Positions 9,477-17,646 of a DNA stretch of 32,000 nt are shown here, piece after piece. The notes below the pieces were generated by a model. It was given only the letters and a program-made list of their open reading frames with translations, had not been told where the DNA came from and did no database searches. The translations under genes were made by a program, and so were the position numbers. Every line of letters starts with the position of its first letter. The first letter of the stretch is position 1. The DNA comes from Thermosulfurimonas dismutans (GTDB lineage Bacteria; Desulfobacterota; Thermodesulfobacteria; Thermodesulfobacteriales; Thermodesulfobacteriaceae), in NCBI RefSeq assembly GCF_001652585.1, contig NZ_LWLG01000001.1:210001-242000 (forward strand), read 5' to 3'.

Positions 9477-9549
9477 ATATTACTAGAGTTTTCGGGCTTT
9501 AGGATTTACGGGGTAGCCGGCACCCCAGAAATAGGAATGGGGAGGAAAA

Positions 9550-10578
9550 ATGTTGACCAAGACTATAAAAATCCTGTGGATTTGCTCCTTATGGAGCATA
9601 TTAACGGTTTCTCATTGTATGGGCAAGGTCTCACGTAATGAGGTTAAGGGCGCATTTAGAATATGGTCTACTGCCCAGGTTGAAGAAGCCCTTAAAAAGG
9701 GAAAAGTGGTCATCATTGATGCCCGAAATATACCGGAAGAAGATTATTTAGAGGAACACCTGCCGGGGGCAGTGCGATTGAATAATCATATGTTGACCAC
9801 GAAAAGATACGGAGTTCCGGGGATACTCCTCTCAGACAGAGAACTAGAGGAGAAGATATCCCAGGCTGGTTTATCCGAGAATTCTCGCGTGATCGTCTAT
9901 GCTCAGGGAGAAACTCCAAAAGACTACGTTGATGCCGCCCGTGTGCTGGCTATTTTAAATTATGTGGGAATTAAGGACACCTATTTCATGGACGGAGGGC
10001 TAGCCAAGTGGGAAGCAGAAGGTCGGCCCCTTGCGGAAGGCCCCGTCTCGGTGAAAAAGACCAATTTTAAAATCAAGCACCCTGATCGATCTATTTTCTG
10101 TGATCTGGTGACTGTGGAAGAAATCCTATGCAAGAAACGTCAGGGAATCTTGGTGGATGCACGTCCTATAAAATACTACGAAGGAAGGGACCAAGACCCG
10201 CGACTCTATCGACATGGTCATATTCCGGGAGCAATAGATCTTCCAGCCTCTCTGTTTACAAAAAAAATAAAAGATTACTATATCCTAAAATCTCCGGAAG
10301 AGATTAAGGCCATTCTGAAAATTTATGGACTAACGCTAGACAGGCCCCCCGTCTGGATCAGCTATTGCAATACCGGCCATCTCGCTTCCGGCCTCTGGTT
10401 TGTAGCTCGTTATGTCTTGCACAAGAGGACGGTCAAAATCTACGATGGGTCTATGGTTCAGTATGCAAAGACAAACCTGCCTATCGAGAAGGCGAGAGAG
10501 TTGAAGCCAAAGAGATTACTTGCTCAATGCCCAGCTCAATTAGAGCACAAATTGAGGTCCGAGAAAAGCATCCACTAA
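9550..10578 (+). CDS. Secreted tandem-rhodanese sulfurtransferase (thiosulfate/3-mercaptopyruvate sulfurtransferase-like)
   Basis: This 342-aa ORF has a hydrophobic N-terminal signal or anchor (ILWICSLWSILTV). It contains two rhodanese-like halves; the second carries the active-site loop SYCNTGHLASG. The SD GGGGAGG precedes the ATG. Confidence 0.85.
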   Translation: MLTKTIKILWICSLWSILTVSHCMGKVSRNEVKGAFRIWSTAQVEEALKKGKVVIIDARNIPEEDYLEEHLPGAVRLNNHMLTTKRYGVPGILLSDRELEEKISQAGLSENSRVIVYAQGETPKDYVDAARVLAILNYVGIKDTYFMDGGLAKWEAEGRPLAEGPVSVKKTNFKIKHPDRSIFCDLVTVEEILCKKRQGILVDARPIKYYEGRDQDPRLYRHGHIPGAIDLPASLFTKKIKDYYILKSPEEIKAILKIYGLTLDRPPVWISYCNTGHLASGLWFVARYVLHKRTVKIYDGSMVQYAKTNLPIEKARELKPKRLLAQCPAQLEHKLRSEKSIH

Positions 10579-10683
10579 ACCCGTTGATATGTTTGAGATT
10601 GAGCCGAATAGCTGATCCCAGGCGGTAAGTTAAAGGAAAATCGGAAAATACCAAGGCTGAACCGAAAGGCACCGCAGGAGGTT

Positions 10684-10705
10684 TCAGGGGGCGTAAGCCC
10701 CCTGA
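10684..10705 (+). other. Perfect 9-bp hairpin capped by a GNRA tetraloop in the rhodanese/ModA-like spacer
   Basis: The sequence is tcagggggc-gtaa-gccccctga. No U-tract follows on either strand, so it is not a canonical intrinsic terminator. Its function is unknown. Confidence 0.4.
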
Positions 10706-10798
10706 CAAAACAATTGAGCAGAGATCATGGTCATTAAAAGACCGAGCGAAGAGTAATTTGGGCTATGACAAAAAGGGGAGAGTTAGGAGGTACCATCA

Positions 10799-11223
10799 AT
10801 GAGTTCTAACCAAAACATTGTTGAGTTTTCCGTGTCACCGGTGGATCATGTGTGTGATCTCCACGGAGATCCTTGTCATCCCGATCTGGTATTGTTTTTC
10901 AATGGCAACCAATGGATGGTTATTGAGGAGCTTTTAGCGGCTTTTCGACAAGAACATCCGGATATCAAGAATATCTTTTACGAGACTCTGCCTCCGGGCA
11001 TCTTAGCCCACCAGATAAGACATGGGACCCTGCGAATTGGCGAGCTTATAATCAGCACCCCACCTGGTATTTTCACCGCCGGCCGTGAAGAAATGGAGGC
11101 CTCCTTGAGGAGGGCCTCATCAACAGCTACCATCTTTACGCCGAAAACGGTCTGAGCATCTTGGTTCCAAAGGGTAATCCTGCCGATATCCGGCCTAAGA
11201 TAAGATTCACGCTGGGTTCATAA
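10799..11223 (+). pseudogene. Decayed ModA-like (SBP_bac_11-type) molybdate/tungstate/sulfate-binding protein gene: frameshifted and 3'-truncated
   Basis: The first frame gives ...LVLFFNGNQWMVIEELLAAFRQEHPDIKNIFYETLPPGILAHQIRHGTLRIGELIISTPPGIFTAGREEMEA and then runs into nonsense. Shifting frame at ~11100 continues with LLEEGLINSYHLYAENGLSILVPKGNPADI, which parallels the ModA pattern (...md.L...gli......a.N.LVl.v.kgNP..I). That frame stops at 11221-11223, about half the expected length and 7 nt from the convergent GGDEF-EAL gene. Confidence 0.5.
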
Positions 11224-11229
11224 GTTTGG

Positions 11230-13572
11230 CTATCTAAAAAACCTGTCAGGATTAAAGCTTTCTAAAAAGCTCAAGGCCTGATCGCCCGGCATGGGACGGG
11301 CAAAGTAATAGCCCTGCACTTCGTCCACCCCCAGGCCCATCAGAAAGGCCAGTTGTTCCCGTCTCTCTACGCCTTCGGCAACGATCTTCTTACCGAGGTT
11401 GCGGGCCATGGCCACGATAGCCATCACCACGCTAGCGTCCTCCCGATCTTCAGGAATTCCTTTAACAAAGGAATAATCTATCTTGAGGCTTTCGGCCGGA
11501 ATCTTTTTGAGATATGCAAATGAAGAATAGCCGGTCCCGAAATCGTCAATGGCTATCTTTAGCCCCAAATTGTTTATATTCTTTAGAATTTCCGAGGCCT
11601 GGGCACCGGCTTCAAAGAACAAGCTTTCGGTAATCTCCACTTCTAGCCATTCCGGCGGAATGGATACCTCCCGTAAGGTCTCCTCTAGGACTTTTAGCAA
11701 ATGATTATCCTGAAATTGTTTCATGGAAACATTGAAAGATATGCTAATTTCTGAATGTTTGGGAAGTAACTTTTTAAGAAAGAGGGCGCTCTCTTTGACT
11801 ACCCATCGGCCGACTTTAGTAATGAGTCCGGTGTCTTCTAATACGGAAATAAATTTACCAGGCGAAATTATTCCTTTTTGGGGATGCCTCCAGCGTAGGA
11901 GGGCCTCGAAAGATGAAATCCTTCGGTTAAAGAGATCCACCCGGGGTTGAAAGAAAAGAACAAATTCTTTCTGTTCGCAAGCCCGCTCAAGTTCCTCAGT
12001 AAGACGCCAGCGGGAAAGGACTTCCCGGGCCTCCTTTTCGGAATAGAAAGCCACTCCTCCAGGGGCCTGTTTTTTGGCCCTCCTGAGGGCTACCGAAGCT
12101 GCCTCCAGAAGTCCTCTGGGAGAAGAGGCGTCTTCCGGGAAGAATGCTAATCCCATACTAGCACTCACCCGAATCACACTTTCGGCCGTATAGACAGGAA
12201 GAGAAAGGGCATTTTTAATCCTTCCCATAAAGCTTCCAATCTCGGAATTATTTTCAAATAAATAAGAACAAGAAAATTCGTCGGCTCCGCTTCGGACCAC
12301 CGTGCCCCGACTCCCTACTAAGCGTACTAGACGCTGTCCAACTTCTTTGAGGACCTCGTCCCCCGCGGCTCGCCCCAAACTATGGGTAAGCAAAGAAAAC
12401 TCGTCTATGTCAAGTCGGACTAGAGCTAACCTTTGTTTCTGTTTTTTCGCTACTTCAAATTCGTGTTCTAAGGTATCGATAAGATATCGTTCGTTCCCGA
12501 GCCCGGTAAGCTCATCTGTAAAAAGTACCCGCTCAAGCTCTCGGCTCTTTTCAATATGCGCCCAGCCCAAAGAAAGATCCCGGGAAATTTCAAGGAGAAG
12601 TTGGGCCTCCTTCGAAGTAAAGTATTGCGGTTTAGGATGATAAAGAAGAAGAACTCCTTTGACCTCGTTTCCCAGAACCAGGGGTAGCGCCACCGCCGAA
12701 CGCAGGCCGTATTGCCGGGCTCTCTCCCTCCAAGGTATAAACCTTGAATCCTCCTCCGTATCCTGGACGACCACCGGTCTTCCAGTCCGGAGAGCCTCTC
12801 CGCAAGGGCCACGGCCCTCGGCAATGGCGGGATCAATAGAGGCATAAAAATCGTTCAAATAGTCTGTTTTACCAGCCGCTGCAAGCGGCTTGACCTCTTT
12901 GGTTTTAGGTTCAATAAGACCGATCCAAGCCAGGGCAAACCCACCATCCCTCACAAGGATCTTACAAGCCTCTTTAAAAAGCTTTTCTGAAGAAACCTTT
13001 TCCTCAAAAATAAGAAGATTTATTTCTCGCAAGAGCACATAAATACGATTCAGCCTTGCAATCTCGGCATAGGCTTCTTCAAGATCTTGATCCAAACGCT
13101 TGAAATAGGCCGCTAAGACAACACTCACCAGATAGAAGAGTAGCTTAACCGCAAGCTGGATAAGACTTTTCTGAAGGGCCTGATCTTCTATCCGATTCCA
13201 TATATGTTCCCGGAAAAGAGACCAAAACCTAAAGAGAGCCTTCAAGAACAGGGGAGGACTGACCCCTTTTTCGGCATGGACAGTTCCTATCTTAAAGGCA
13301 TACTGAAACACATCTTCCGAGAAAGGTTCAAGAAAAAATTTTATCCAAAAAGAACGCAAAGAATCCTTATAGCGTTCAAAGGCCTCTTTTTGAGATAAAA
13401 TAGGGCCTAAAATCTGAAAGCCTTCTTCGAACTCAAGAATATGTGTATAGAATCTTTCGAGAGAGGAATTCGGAAAGGCTTCCACCAGAGCCGAAAGAGT
13501 AGCTAAGAGCTCTTTTTCATCTGGCCCCAACTTAAAGAACAGGCGACTATCAGAGAACAATTTAGATAACAT
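11230..13572 (-). CDS. Multidomain c-di-GMP turnover protein: globin-coupled-sensor-like N-terminus, GAF, variant GGDEF (GADEF), EAL
   Basis: This is a 780-aa ORF. The N-terminal segment FKIGTVHAEKGVSPPLFLKALF resembles the proximal-His region of globin-coupled sensors (iG.vH..iGl.P.wy). A GAF-like region (ALAWIGLIEP...GRGPCGEALRTGRPVVV) follows. The GGDEF domain has RSGADEFS at the active-site position. The EAL domain has all catalytic motifs: EALLRW, NVS, EITES, DDFGTGYSS, KIDYSF, EGVE and QGYYF. Confidence 0.9.
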   Translation of the reverse strand: MLSKLFSDSRLFFKLGPDEKELLATLSALVEAFPNSSLERFYTHILEFEEGFQILGPILSQKEAFERYKDSLRSFWIKFFLEPFSEDVFQYAFKIGTVHAEKGVSPPLFLKALFRFWSLFREHIWNRIEDQALQKSLIQLAVKLLFYLVSVVLAAYFKRLDQDLEEAYAEIARLNRIYVLLREINLLIFEEKVSSEKLFKEACKILVRDGGFALAWIGLIEPKTKEVKPLAAAGKTDYLNDFYASIDPAIAEGRGPCGEALRTGRPVVVQDTEEDSRFIPWRERARQYGLRSAVALPLVLGNEVKGVLLLYHPKPQYFTSKEAQLLLEISRDLSLGWAHIEKSRELERVLFTDELTGLGNERYLIDTLEHEFEVAKKQKQRLALVRLDIDEFSLLTHSLGRAAGDEVLKEVGQRLVRLVGSRGTVVRSGADEFSCSYLFENNSEIGSFMGRIKNALSLPVYTAESVIRVSASMGLAFFPEDASSPRGLLEAASVALRRAKKQAPGGVAFYSEKEAREVLSRWRLTEELERACEQKEFVLFFQPRVDLFNRRISSFEALLRWRHPQKGIISPGKFISVLEDTGLITKVGRWVVKESALFLKKLLPKHSEISISFNVSMKQFQDNHLLKVLEETLREVSIPPEWLEVEITESLFFEAGAQASEILKNINNLGLKIAIDDFGTGYSSFAYLKKIPAESLKIDYSFVKGIPEDREDASVVMAIVAMARNLGKKIVAEGVERREQLAFLMGLGVDEVQGYYFARPMPGDQALSFLESFNPDRFFR

Positions 13573-13625
13573 AACAAAGTTTGTCTAAATTTAAGGTATA
13601 AAAATGTTTCGCGCAAGGAGAAAAA

Positions 13626-14822
13626 TCAAGTCAACCTTGAAAGGGAAGCTTTAAGACGCTGCACGGCCTCTTTTAAAGTCTCTAGACCCTGGGCGAAGGA
13701 AAGACGCAGGAAGCGATCATCGCCGAAGGCCACCCCCGGAACGGTAGCCACTCGTCCCTCTTCAAGGAGATATTCCGCAAGGCTCACCGAATCTTTTATG
13801 GTCTGGCCCGTCGGAGTTTTACGTCCATAATAGGACGAAAAATCGCAGAAAAGATAGAAAGTTCCCTGGGGGCGAACCGGTTTGAGGCCCCCAATCTCCG
13901 AAAGACTCCGGAAAAGAAACTCCGCCCGTTCGGCAAAGGCCCGGCGCATTTCCGCTACACAGTCCTGAGGGCCGGTCAAGGCCGCCACCGCGGCCTTCTG
14001 GGCAAAGGCCGTGGCGTTTGAGGTGCTCTGCCCCTGGAGTTTGGCTAAAGCCTTAATAATTTCCTCCGGTCCTACGGCCCAGCCTATACGCCATCCGGTC
14101 ATAGCATAAGCCTTGGAAACCCCGTTTACCAAGATAACCTGTCCCCTAAGGTCTGGAGCCACCGAAAGGATGTTCTCCGGAGGCTTTCCATCAAATCGCA
14201 AGCGATCATAGATGTCGTCGCTTATTACCCAGAGCCCATGTCTCTTAACAATATCAGCCACTCCGGAAAGAAAATCGCGGGAATATATACAACCCGTGGG
14301 GTTTGAAGGACTGTTGAGGATAATCCCCCGAGTTCTTTCCGTGATACGGGCCTCGACCTCCGAAAGATCAGGCTCAAAGTTTGCCTCCGGCCCTGAAGGC
14401 ACAATCACCGGCACTCCGCCGGCAAGCTCTACAATAGGAGGATAGGAAACCCAGTAAGGGGAAAGGATCAGAACCTCGTCTCCGAGATCAAGCAGGGCCT
14501 GAGCCAGGTTGTAAATGGCCTGTTTAGCCCCGCAGGTGATAACCACTTCCTCCGGCCGGTAATCCAGCCCATAGTCTTCCTTGAGACGAAAACAGACCGC
14601 CTCCCGGAGTTCAGGGAGCCCCACCGCCGGAAGATAACGGGTAAAACCGCGATCGAGGGCCTCTTTGGCGGCCTTGCGGATATGTTCCGGAGTATCAAAA
14701 TCCGGTTCTCCGGCCGAGAGATTGATGACATCTATCCCTTTGGCCCGCATAGCCTTGGCCTTGGCGTCCACCGCCAGCGTAGCCGAGGGTTTAAGCCGCC
14801 TGATCCTCTCCGAAAGTTTCAT
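13626..14822 (-). CDS. aspC: Class-I PLP-dependent aspartate aminotransferase
   Basis: The sequence MKLSERIRRLKPSATLAVDAKAKAMRAKGIDVINLSAGEPDFDTP... has the PLP-lysine context SKAYAMTGWRIGW. The ATG at 14822 overlaps the truA TGA as ATGA; the track ORF start at 14861 is an upstream extension. Confidence 0.88.
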   Translation of the reverse strand: MKLSERIRRLKPSATLAVDAKAKAMRAKGIDVINLSAGEPDFDTPEHIRKAAKEALDRGFTRYLPAVGLPELREAVCFRLKEDYGLDYRPEEVVITCGAKQAIYNLAQALLDLGDEVLILSPYWVSYPPIVELAGGVPVIVPSGPEANFEPDLSEVEARITERTRGIILNSPSNPTGCIYSRDFLSGVADIVKRHGLWVISDDIYDRLRFDGKPPENILSVAPDLRGQVILVNGVSKAYAMTGWRIGWAVGPEEIIKALAKLQGQSTSNATAFAQKAAVAALTGPQDCVAEMRRAFAERAEFLFRSLSEIGGLKPVRPQGTFYLFCDFSSYYGRKTPTGQTIKDSVSLAEYLLEEGRVATVPGVAFGDDRFLRLSFAQGLETLKEAVQRLKASLSRLT

Positions 14823-15610
14823 GGCCTGACTCCTTTGGGGGCATAATCCTTTGCTCTCCATTTTTTACCGTAATAAATCCCTTTCAGGAAGAGCCCTTGG
14901 GGTGGGGCCGGAGGCGGAGCCACAGAACGATCTCGGGCCTCCAGAATGGCCTTGAAGTCCTCTGGGGAGAGACGGCCAAGGCCGACCTCCACCAGGGCCC
15001 CTACAATGTTCCGTACCATATACCTCATAAATCCCCGACCGGTAATCTCAAACCGTATGACATGGGCCATGCCCACCGCCCGTTTGATCTGGGCCTCATA
15101 GACCGTACGTATAGTGGATTTCAGATCCGTTCCGGATTTGCGGAAACTAGCGAAGTCCTTTTCCCCTATAAGATAGGGTAAACAGGCCCGCATGGCAGAA
15201 AGGTCCAGAGGCTCCGGCACCCACCAGGAATAAAGCCTCAAGACCGGATTGCGGATGGGATGGTTGTAGATCTGGTAAAAATAGGTCTTCCGCAGGGCGT
15301 GATACTGAGAATGGAACTTGAAATCCATCTCCTCCACTCGGAGGACGGCGATGTCTTTGGGGAGCAAGGCATTGACCGCCCGGAAAATAGTTTCAAGATC
15401 CCGTTTGCTGGTGGTGTGGAAGTGGGCTACCTGCGCCAGGGCGTGCACCCCAGCGTCCGTACGCCCGGCAGCCCGAAGCTTGATCTTGTGCCCTAGGATA
15501 CGACGCAGGACATCCTCCAGGATGCCTTGGACCGTCGGCCCCTGCTTCTGCTTTTGCCAACCGAGATAATTTGTACCGTCGTAGGCGATGGTGAGCTTGA
15601 TATTTCGCAT
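14819..15610 (-). CDS. truA: tRNA pseudouridine(38-40) synthase TruA
   Basis: This 263-aa ORF shows MRNIKLTIAYDGTNYLGWQKQ and the catalytic motif GRTDAGVHA. Confidence 0.95.
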   Translation of the reverse strand: MRNIKLTIAYDGTNYLGWQKQKQGPTVQGILEDVLRRILGHKIKLRAAGRTDAGVHALAQVAHFHTTSKRDLETIFRAVNALLPKDIAVLRVEEMDFKFHSQYHALRKTYFYQIYNHPIRNPVLRLYSWWVPEPLDLSAMRACLPYLIGEKDFASFRKSGTDLKSTIRTVYEAQIKRAVGMAHVIRFEITGRGFMRYMVRNIVGALVEVGLGRLSPEDFKAILEARDRSVAPPPAPPQGLFLKGIYYGKKWRAKDYAPKGVRP

Positions 15611-15611
15611 T

Positions 15612-16646
15612 TCAGGGAAAGACCGGACTTTTCGGAAGCCCGAGGTCTTCTGGCCACCCCATCATGAGATTCATGTTTTGGATAGCCTGGCCGCTGGCTC
15701 CCTTGACCAGGTTATCAATTACAGAAAGCAAAATAAGACGGCCGGTCCGAGGGTCAAGTTTAAGGCCGATACGGCATCGATTCGTCCCACGGACCTCGGC
15801 CACCCGCGGGATCCTACCCGGAGATAATACCTCCACAAAGGGCTTTTCGGCATAAAAATCTCGTAGAGCCTCATAGATTTCTTTTTCCGAGGCCAGAGGG
15901 TGGACATAGATGGTGGCAAAGATCCCACGCTCCATAGGGGTCAGATGAGGAGTAAAGAGCACCTTAACCTCTCCGCCTGCAGCCCTGGAGAGCTCAGCCT
16001 CAATCTCCGGGGTATGGCGGTGAGAAGCCACTTTATAGGCCCGAAAATCCTCATTGACTTCACAAAAGGCCAGGGCCACCTCCGCCTTGCGCCCCGCCCC
16101 GGAGACTCCACTCTTAGCATCGATAAGGATGTCTCTAGGCTCAATAAGTTTCCGATTTAAAAGAGGTACTAACGGCAAAAGAGCCGCCGTGGGATAACAG
16201 CCGGGATTAGCAATGAGCCTAGATTTAGAGATCCTTTCGGCGTAGATTTCCGAAAGACCGTAAACGGCTTCCCGTAGGAGTTCCGGAAACCGATGAGAGA
16301 CCCCGTACCAGGCTTCATATACCGAAGGATCAGCAAGCCTAAAATCCGCGGAAAGATCAATTACCTTCAGGCCTCGGGAAACCAGTTCCTTGGCCATTTC
16401 TTGAGCCGTCCCGTGGGGGACGCAAAGAAAGGCCACTTCAGCCTCTTCAGCGATAGCCGACGGCTCTGGGGAAGAAAGCTCAAGCTCGTAAGGTAGCGGG
16501 GCAAAGCCCCAGTATTCCGTAAGGGACTTACCTGTTTCCCTACGGGAGGTAACACAGGTGACCTGCATCTTCGGGTGGCCGGAGGCCAATCTCAGAAGTT
16601 CAAGCCCCGTATATCCTGTGGCCCCCACCACGGCCACCCGTACCAA
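15612..16646 (-). CDS. argC: N-acetyl-gamma-glutamyl-phosphate reductase
   Basis: This 344-aa ORF has the NAD-binding motif VGATGYTGLELLRL and the active-site motif PGCYPTA. The TTG start is preceded by GGAGG. Confidence 0.95.
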   Translation of the reverse strand: MVRVAVVGATGYTGLELLRLASGHPKMQVTCVTSRRETGKSLTEYWGFAPLPYELELSSPEPSAIAEEAEVAFLCVPHGTAQEMAKELVSRGLKVIDLSADFRLADPSVYEAWYGVSHRFPELLREAVYGLSEIYAERISKSRLIANPGCYPTAALLPLVPLLNRKLIEPRDILIDAKSGVSGAGRKAEVALAFCEVNEDFRAYKVASHRHTPEIEAELSRAAGGEVKVLFTPHLTPMERGIFATIYVHPLASEKEIYEALRDFYAEKPFVEVLSPGRIPRVAEVRGTNRCRIGLKLDPRTGRLILLSVIDNLVKGASGQAIQNMNLMMGWPEDLGLPKSPVFP

Positions 16647-16670
16647 GATCGAACCTCCAGAAGAATTTCT

Positions 16671-17072
16671 TTATCGTTTGGAGTACTGTTGACCGCGCCT
16701 GGCTCCGCGAAGCCCGTACTTCTTCCGCTCCTTGACCCTGGCATCACGGGTAAGAAGCCCCGCTTTCTTAAGAGGGGGCCTAAGATCAGGATGATAGCCC
16801 AGCAGGGCCTTGGCGATACCGTGGCGGATGGCCTCTGCCTGAGCATTCTTGCCACCGCCTATAACCGTACAGTAAACATCAAACTTACCCTCAAGACCCG
16901 TTATACGGAAGGGCTGCTCCACGATGTAACGGGCTACAATGTGATCATAAAAATACTCGTCGAAATCCTTTTTGTTAACCACGATCTTGCCAGTGCCCGG
17001 AGTCAGCCAGACCCTAGCAATAGCCGTTTTTCTTTTGCCGGTAGCGTAATATCTTTCTTTAGCTTCGGCCAT
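16671..17072 (-). CDS. rpsI: 30S ribosomal protein S9
   Basis: This 133-aa ORF shows [16 protein letters not shown] and the C-terminal [14 protein letters not shown]. Confidence 0.97.
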   Translation of the reverse strand: MAEAKERYYATGKRKTAIARVWLTPGTGKIVVNKKDFDEYFYDHIVARYIVEQPFRITGLEGKFDVYCTVIGGGKNAQAEAIRHGIAKALLGYHPDLRPPLKKAGLLTRDARVKERKKYGLRGARRGQQYSKR

Positions 17073-17083
17073 GATCTATCCTC

Positions 17084-17527
17084 CTAGATTTCAAGGGGTT
17101 TTGGATTCTGAGCCTGATGAGGATGCTCCGGCCCAACATAGATCTTGAGTTTTTTGAGAAGCTTGTGGCCCAGACGATTCTTAGGAAGCATACGTTTGAC
17201 TGCTAGACGCAGGATTTCTTCTGGCTTTTGCTCAAGCATTTGTCTAGCCGTCCGAAGTTTAAGCCCCCCCATGTAGCCCGAGTGCCGCCAGTAGATCTTC
17301 TGATCCCACTTTTTACCAGTAAGCCGGATTTTCTCGGCGTTCACGACCACTATGAAATCCCCCACATCCACATGAGGAGCAAAATCTGGACGGTGCTTAC
17401 CCCGTAGCCGCTTGGCAATCTCACTGGCTAGACGTCCGAGGACTTTACCCTCGGCATCTACCACATACCACTCGCGCTTGACCTCCTCCTTTCGTGGCAT
17501 AGGTGTTTGCGGCGTAAAAATCTCCAT
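17084..17527 (-). CDS. rplM: 50S ribosomal protein L13
   Basis: The sequence [50 protein letters not shown] matches L13. The start is ambiguous between TTG 17536, ATG 17527 and ATG 17500; I chose 17527 by alignment to the usual L13 N-terminus. Confidence 0.93.
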   Translation of the reverse strand: MEIFTPQTPMPRKEEVKREWYVVDAEGKVLGRLASEIAKRLRGKHRPDFAPHVDVGDFIVVVNAEKIRLTGKKWDQKIYWRHSGYMGGLKLRTARQMLEQKPEEILRLAVKRMLPKNRLGHKLLKKLKIYVGPEHPHQAQNPKPLEI

Positions 17528-17646
17528 AGCTCTCAACCCCTTTTACAAGAATTACGGCCTTTTACTAAAAAACGCTCCCTTCCATTTGTCAAGTCTTTTT
17601 AAATTTCACCTCTCTCTGGACAATTATACCTAACATACTTAACTTT

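Noticed and set aside
10600-10760. A possible Moco/Wco or c-di-GMP riboswitch upstream of the ModA-like remnant.
   Set aside because: I could not match the conserved cores I remember for these classes on either strand. I kept only the weaker claim that this is a structured spacer needing an Infernal scan.
8289-11229. An intact genomic island with integrase and att repeats at ssrA.
   Set aside because: No integrase, recombinase or transposase ORF is present, and I found no direct repeat of the tmRNA 3' end by eye. I report only a compositional islet and rearrangement scar.
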